DNA from: a virus
IMG/VR virus record: IMGVR_UViG_3300028902_000450
Length of the DNA stretch: 52,754 nt
Direction: 5' to 3' (one strand)
This document shows, in pieces, positions 47,998-52,754 of this stretch. The notes beneath the pieces were generated by a model. The model made no database searches. It saw nothing but the letters and a program-made list of their open reading frames with translations, and was not told where the DNA came from. The translations under genes and the position numbers were made by a program. Each line of letters starts with the position of its first letter. Within the stretch, counting starts at the first letter, position 1.

Positions 47998-49395
47998 ATG
48001 GCAATCGTTGCAAAAATTGTTCAGGGCGGCGGCACGCTTTGTGATTTCACCGACGGCACGAATTTCGCGTTGGTGAATCTCGATTATGCCGTGAGACCGG
48101 ATGAAAGCGGCATGGTCGCGCATCACGCGGTCATTGACGTGCTCGGCGCGTCGAATGATGCGGTTGCGCAAAACCTCATCACGCTGCATCAGGCGATACT
48201 GAACGCGAAAAATAATTTTGATAAATGGAAGCGCGGGCAGACCTACACGCCGATTTATTTTCAAACCAAACTGCCGAACGGCACATACACCGTGCAAACC
48301 GAAATGTTCGGCGATTGGAATGACACGCTTGAGGACGTGTTCGCCGCGCCGATTCTCTCCAATCTCATCGAAAATGTTTCGATTCCGCTTTTGTGTCGCC
48401 CGTACTTTGAGGAAACCGCGAGCGTCACCATTTCGGGCTCGCCATTCACCGTGTCGAACAATGGCGGCTCGCTGGCAATTCCCAACACCTTGCGCGGCGA
48501 TTTGCCCGCGCCGCTTTACGTCAAAGTTCGCACCGCGATGGCGAACGCCGACCGCGTAATTCTCGCGCTGCGCGGCGACGGGACCGTTGCCAATTTTGTG
48601 TGCAAGTACGAAGCCGAAAGTTACGCCGTGCGCGGCAGCGGCGTCGCCGACCTCACGGACGCCGCGCTCTCGCCGGGCAGCGGCGTTTCCGCGCAGCAGT
48701 GGACGCCGGGCGTCACGACGGAGCAAGGTCTCATCGGCATCACCATCACGACGAACCTCGCCGACAAACTCGGCAAGTTCCGCCTGCTCGTCGCAGTCAA
48801 AGACGAAGCGGCAGCGCTCAATACCAAAATTCGCGGGCGCATGGGCATTTACACCGGCGCATACTCGACGATTGGCGGCGCGCAAATGTATGGCGATTGG
48901 GGCGACGTGGCGAAATACGCCCTCGCCGTGAGCACGCGCACATTGATTGATTGCGGCGTCGTCTCTCCTCCGGACACGGGCGGCGCGACGGTCGCGGGCG
49001 GACTCGTCATTGAGATTTACGGCACCGCGATTGCGACCGGCGCAACCAAAAAATTCGACCTCGACACAATTTATGTGCTGCCGTGTTTCGAGGGCGGCGA
49101 TGAATCCGGTTATCTTGTGGCGAGTTATCCGGGAGCGCTTGGCACGAACGCGCAGCCCGATGGTGTGGTCAAAGGGTATGACCGCGTGCGGCGCGCCTAC
49201 TTGGTGAATGGCAGTGATGTGATGACTTTGCCCGCATCGGACATCAGCGGTAAATCCGTGACCATCTTTCCCGCGCGCGCGCAAAATCTATTTGTGATGA
49301 CCGCAAAGCAGAGTAACGGCAATCACGATTTCGCTGTGAATCAAACGGTGACTGCCGAATACACGCCGCGCTATCGCGTGTTTCGCGGGAATTGA
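47998..49395 (+). CDS. Distal tail protein, putative (465 aa)
   Basis: Synteny: first gene after the tape measure gene. Confidence 0.55.
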   Translation: MAIVAKIVQGGGTLCDFTDGTNFALVNLDYAVRPDESGMVAHHAVIDVLGASNDAVAQNLITLHQAILNAKNNFDKWKRGQTYTPIYFQTKLPNGTYTVQTEMFGDWNDTLEDVFAAPILSNLIENVSIPLLCRPYFEETASVTISGSPFTVSNNGGSLAIPNTLRGDLPAPLYVKVRTAMANADRVILALRGDGTVANFVCKYEAESYAVRGSGVADLTDAALSPGSGVSAQQWTPGVTTEQGLIGITITTNLADKLGKFRLLVAVKDEAAALNTKIRGRMGIYTGAYSTIGGAQMYGDWGDVAKYALAVSTRTLIDCGVVSPPDTGGATVAGGLVIEIYGTAIATGATKKFDLDTIYVLPCFEGGDESGYLVASYPGALGTNAQPDGVVKGYDRVRRAYLVNGSDVMTLPASDISGKSVTIFPARAQNLFVMTAKQSNGNHDFAVNQTVTAEYTPRYRVFRGN

Positions 49396-49402
49396 TAACG
49401 CT

Positions 49403-50566
49403 ATGCAGCTCGATTGGTCGCTTTATAACAATCCGGTCACCGAGAACGATGATTTGTTCCTCGAATTCTCCGCGCGGCATGGCGATTTGTTTCGCAGCGC
49501 GAATTTTTCCACGCTGCTCGACGCCGGTTTTGGTCCCGCGCAAATTTCGATTGAGAATCCGCCGCGTTCGCTTGTGCTCGAGGCAGTCAACAATTGGATG
49601 ACCAAGCGGCTGCTCGTCACCGATGGCGCGGGCAGCAAAGTGTACGAGGGCTTTGTCGCCGAAATCAGCGGCGCCGACGGCTATCACGTGTATAACCCGC
49701 GCTTGGGCGGGTTGGTCAATCGCGCGTATGTCGTCTTTCGGCAGGTGAAAAATAGCGGCAAGGGACAAAAGCGCGTGCGCGCCACGGTGAACGACACTGC
49801 GTCACAGGCGCGCTATGGCATTTTTTCGCAGCGGCAAATCATCGAGCATCACGGCGTGATGGGCACGGGGCAGGCGAATCGCTGGGGGCAAACGTTTTTG
49901 AAACAGCATCGTTTGCGCAAACGTCCGCAGCGCACGACGACCTCGCAGCGTCGGCTGGACTTGACGCTGTGGGGCTATAAATCCTCGCTCTCATTTCAAG
50001 AAATGTTTTTGCGTGTCCGCAAGCAAAAAGATTTGGGTTGGATTGCGACGCGCATTTTGCAGGGCGGCGCGTGCCAATATCTCAACACAACAGACACCTC
50101 GCGCATTGCCACGATTGGCTTTACCGCGCGCTACAAAACAGGCGGTGATTGGAAGACGCCGGGCGAAATGCTCGACGATATCGCGTCATACGGCGACAAC
50201 AATTACAACATGATTTTCGCGCAGGTGTGGGAGGACCGCATTTTGACATTTGCCGCGCGTCCGACGACGGTTGGATTCATCGCGCGCAGTGACGATGCGC
50301 GCGTGTGGGATGCGGGACGCGCGTTGACGATGCCCTGGCTTGTGCGCGCCGGTGAATACATGCTCGCCGAAGATTTCCCCGCGCCGCTCGAACCGGTGAG
50401 CGATATTGATTCTGACGAACGCGCGGTGCTCATTCGTGAAACGCAGTACGACGACGTGAGCGGCGAATGGTCGGCTGACCCCTACGACCTTGAAGAGCGT
50501 GACCTCGCGCACTTGATTGGCTATTTGAAACGGCAACGCAAGAAACGGAAACATCCCGATGACTAA
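49403..50566 (+). CDS. Tail/baseplate protein, putative (387 aa)
   Basis: Synteny between the distal tail protein and the fibre. Confidence 0.55.
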   Translation: MQLDWSLYNNPVTENDDLFLEFSARHGDLFRSANFSTLLDAGFGPAQISIENPPRSLVLEAVNNWMTKRLLVTDGAGSKVYEGFVAEISGADGYHVYNPRLGGLVNRAYVVFRQVKNSGKGQKRVRATVNDTASQARYGIFSQRQIIEHHGVMGTGQANRWGQTFLKQHRLRKRPQRTTTSQRRLDLTLWGYKSSLSFQEMFLRVRKQKDLGWIATRILQGGACQYLNTTDTSRIATIGFTARYKTGGDWKTPGEMLDDIASYGDNNYNMIFAQVWEDRILTFAARPTTVGFIARSDDARVWDAGRALTMPWLVRAGEYMLAEDFPAPLEPVSDIDSDERAVLIRETQYDDVSGEWSADPYDLEERDLAHLIGYLKRQRKKRKHPDD

Positions 50567-52754
50567 AGTCTTGACCGTTCCCTACGAAGCATCGCTGCCC
50601 TCATTTGGCAGTCCCGCTGCGCGCAAAAACGTGCGCCCGCGGGACTTTGTGCTGCAAGGCAACAACGGCGGGTGGGTTACGATACCCAGCGCCGAGTACG
50701 AACTCGATAAAAAGAATGGCATCGTGCGCCAGCGGTCTGAGGACAGCGCGGGCAATGACGTGGATTGGGAAGCGTATGTGTCGTATCGCTGGAGCGGCGT
50801 CATTGTCACCAGCGGCTCACGCGCGACGATTACGAATGAGGCGTTGACGTTCGCCGATGCGGACTATGCGGACATCGAAGCAGGACCCGACGAACAAATC
50901 CAAGAAAGCTTAGCGAGCGATTCCGTCGAGCAAGACGACAACTCGAGCGACGAATCGCAAAGTGATAATTACGTCGCAGGCGTCAGCGGGTATTTCATTG
51001 ACCGCGTGACGGGCAACGCCGAATTCAACAACATCACCGCGCGCGGCACGATTGTTGCGACGGCTGGCAGCATTGGCGGGTGGACCATCACCGCGACCGC
51101 ATTGTACAAAGATACAGGCGTGGATGCGACCAGCGCGGGCATGTCGCCGAGCGATTATCCGTTCTACGCGGGCGCGACCTATGCCAACCGCGCGAACGCG
51201 CCGTATCGCGTGCTGCCGGATGGTTCGGTCTTTGCAACGCAGTATTTCAAAATCGGTTCCAATGACCTCGTTTTCGACAATGCGACCGACCAGCTCGTGT
51301 GGCTCAAAGGTCTTTCGTTCGACCGTCTCGACGTGGCAACGACGGGCACATTCAATCTCGACACGCAAGGACGCAGTTGGATTCGTCTAACCGGCACGGC
51401 GACGGCGAAAACCATCAACTATATCAAAAAGCCGTCGAACATTGCCGGGCAAATCCTCATCATCAAGAATGACGCGAATCCCGTTACCGTCACTAAGACC
51501 AGTCAACTGACGCTCAAGAACAATCAAGGTTCGCCGCCCGCCGGGTATGCGGCGATGTCGCTGTATGGCAAGAATGTCGTGCTGAAAAGTTTCGGCACCG
51601 TCACGCTCATCTATGACAGCGCGAACGCGCGCTGGACGCTCGCGGCGGTGGTCAAAGCGACCAAAACCAAAAACAACAGTGAACTTTCGGAAGAGGGTTA
51701 CGACGAGGATGTAAGCGTAACGTCTGCGCTGCCGACTTCGACGAGCGCGCGCGCGGGAACGGATGTGCTCACGCTTTCGGCGGGCACACTCGCGGTGGAT
51801 ATGGACATTCCTGCATCGTCCACGTGGACGATGGAATTGGTCACGCCCGCGGACGGAACGACGTGGCTGTTTGCGAACGGCGACACGGCGTACATGCGCA
51901 GCGGCGCGAATGAAATCTATTTCACCGTCGCGCGCGACGTGAACGACGGCGTCACGCAAACGTATACCTGCACCTTTGCCAATGGCACACGCCCACTTTC
52001 GTTTGCCGCAGGCAGCGGCGTATTGAATTACGGCGCGAGCGGGCAGGGATTCTTGTACGAAACGGTCGTGTCGGGTTTGCCCTATATGAGCGTGCGCACG
52101 CATAGCGGTTCGCCATGGTCCCCCACCGAGCGCGTGCGGCTCGGCAGTTTGACCGGCATCACCGACCCGACGTTCGGCGCGCTGAGCGGGTATGGGCTTT
52201 GGACGGACAATGTCTATCTCACTGGCGCCATCAAGTCCACCAGCGGACAAATCGGCGGATGGAACATTGGCGCGTCATCGCTCACCGGCGGCAGCGCCAC
52301 GCTGCACAGCTCGGGGTATCTGCTGCTCGGCACATCGAATGACATCGTGCGGCTCGACGCTGCGGATGCCACCTATCGGCTGTGGATCGGCAATGCGACG
52401 GCGGCGAGCGCGCCGTTTCGTGTCACCAAAGCCGGTGCGGTCACGGCAAGCAACATTGACCTCGCAGGCGGTTCGGTGTCAGGGACGTTCACGGTCAGCG
52501 GAACGTTGCGCAGCGCGGCAAGTCCCAACGCGCGGTACGAGTTGACAGGCGCGGGCTTCAAATCGTATGACAGTGGTAACGTGCAGCGCACGCAGATTCT
52601 GAACGATGGTTCGGGCTGGCTCGGCTCGTCGTCGGTGTTTTCATGGACGGCAGCGGGAGTCGTTTCGCTCAACGGCAGCGCGGTGGTCGGCAACTCGTTG
52701 TCTGCGGACAAGGTGAGTTTTACCGCTCCGACGATTTCGGGTCTCACCCTCACC
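50559..52754 (+). CDS. Tail fibre protein, N-terminal 732 codons (continues at base 1 through the circular junction)
   Basis: The ATG at 50559 overlaps the upstream stop (ATGACTAA). No stop occurs to the window end. Repeated GGW.I....L modules. Not listed in the ORF track because it has no stop in the window. Confidence 0.8.
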   Translation, partial: MTKVLTVPYEASLPSFGSPAARKNVRPRDFVLQGNNGGWVTIPSAEYELDKKNGIVRQRSEDSAGNDVDWEAYVSYRWSGVIVTSGSRATITNEALTFADADYADIEAGPDEQIQESLASDSVEQDDNSSDESQSDNYVAGVSGYFIDRVTGNAEFNNITARGTIVATAGSIGGWTITATALYKDTGVDATSAGMSPSDYPFYAGATYANRANAPYRVLPDGSVFATQYFKIGSNDLVFDNATDQLVWLKGLSFDRLDVATTGTFNLDTQGRSWIRLTGTATAKTINYIKKPSNIAGQILIIKNDANPVTVTKTSQLTLKNNQGSPPAGYAAMSLYGKNVVLKSFGTVTLIYDSANARWTLAAVVKATKTKNNSELSEEGYDEDVSVTSALPTSTSARAGTDVLTLSAGTLAVDMDIPASSTWTMELVTPADGTTWLFANGDTAYMRSGANEIYFTVARDVNDGVTQTYTCTFANGTRPLSFAAGSGVLNYGASGQGFLYETVVSGLPYMSVRTHSGSPWSPTERVRLGSLTGITDPTFGALSGYGLWTDNVYLTGAIKSTSGQIGGWNIGASSLTGGSATLHSSGYLLLGTSNDIVRLDAADATYRLWIGNATAASAPFRVTKAGAVTASNIDLAGGSVSGTFTVSGTLRSAASPNARYELTGAGFKSYDSGNVQRTQILNDGSGWLGSSSVFSWTAAGVVSLNGSAVVGNSLSADKVSFTAPTISGLTLT
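52614..52754. repeat. Terminal direct repeat, right copy (identical to 1-141)
   Basis: Read directly. Confidence 0.95.

Noticed and set aside
47221-49284. 687-aa minus-strand ORF across the tape-measure and distal-tail genes. Similar antisense ORFs occur at 45547-46773, 44130-44984, 41638-42561, 39060-39839, 33351-34481, 51387-52250, 23845-24900 and 24173-25363.
   Set aside because: All are antisense to recognisable structural or replication genes. They have Arg/Gly/His-biased low-complexity composition and lack RBS or coupling. They were treated as shadow ORFs.

Overview
This window is a complete, GC-rich tailed-phage or prophage genome of about 52.6 kb. Bases 1-141 are identical to 52614-52754, so the unit length is 52,613 bp and the sequence is circular or circularly permuted. 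The cut falls inside one tail-fibre gene of about 1243 aa (50559-52754 continuing into 1-1677). Modules, in order: (i) an accessory region at 1.7-4.3 kb with a BrnT/BrnA toxin-antitoxin pair plus a membrane protein, and a Cre-like tyrosine recombinase with an adjacent lox-like palindrome. (ii) A long leftward early operon at 4.4-14.1 kb. It holds a disrupted ssb, a HerA-like ATPase, C7 iterons, a 617-aa ParB-like protein, a replication initiator with a DnaA_N-like domain and an internal ori-like palindrome, and an HNH/AP2 protein. (iii) A second tyrosine integrase, then a back-to-back consensus promoter switch at 16.5 kb with a structured leader of about 270 nt. (iv) A rightward operon of small proteins at 16.8-21.8 kb. 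(v) Leftward genes for a sliding clamp, a KTSC protein, a SymE-like protein, ParB and a stand-alone MgsA_C protein. (vi) A ParB-N-domain protein followed by two tandem GT-A-like paralogues. (vii) A late HK97-type siphovirus module: two TerS-like paralogues, TerL, a portal fused to a 2H phosphoesterase, a MuF-like protein, a protease-scaffold-capsid fusion, connector and tail genes, a G/GT frameshift, the tape measure and the fibre. No tRNA, rRNA or CRISPR array was seen. The most unusual signal is a 15-16 bp dyad motif, TTGTC-YGCR-GACAAG, present 8 times per genome inside unrelated genes. In every case it lies in the frame that encodes LSAD(K/S). Three variant copies sit at regulatory positions or inside another gene. 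All calls come from reading the sequence and recognising motifs. No database search was run.
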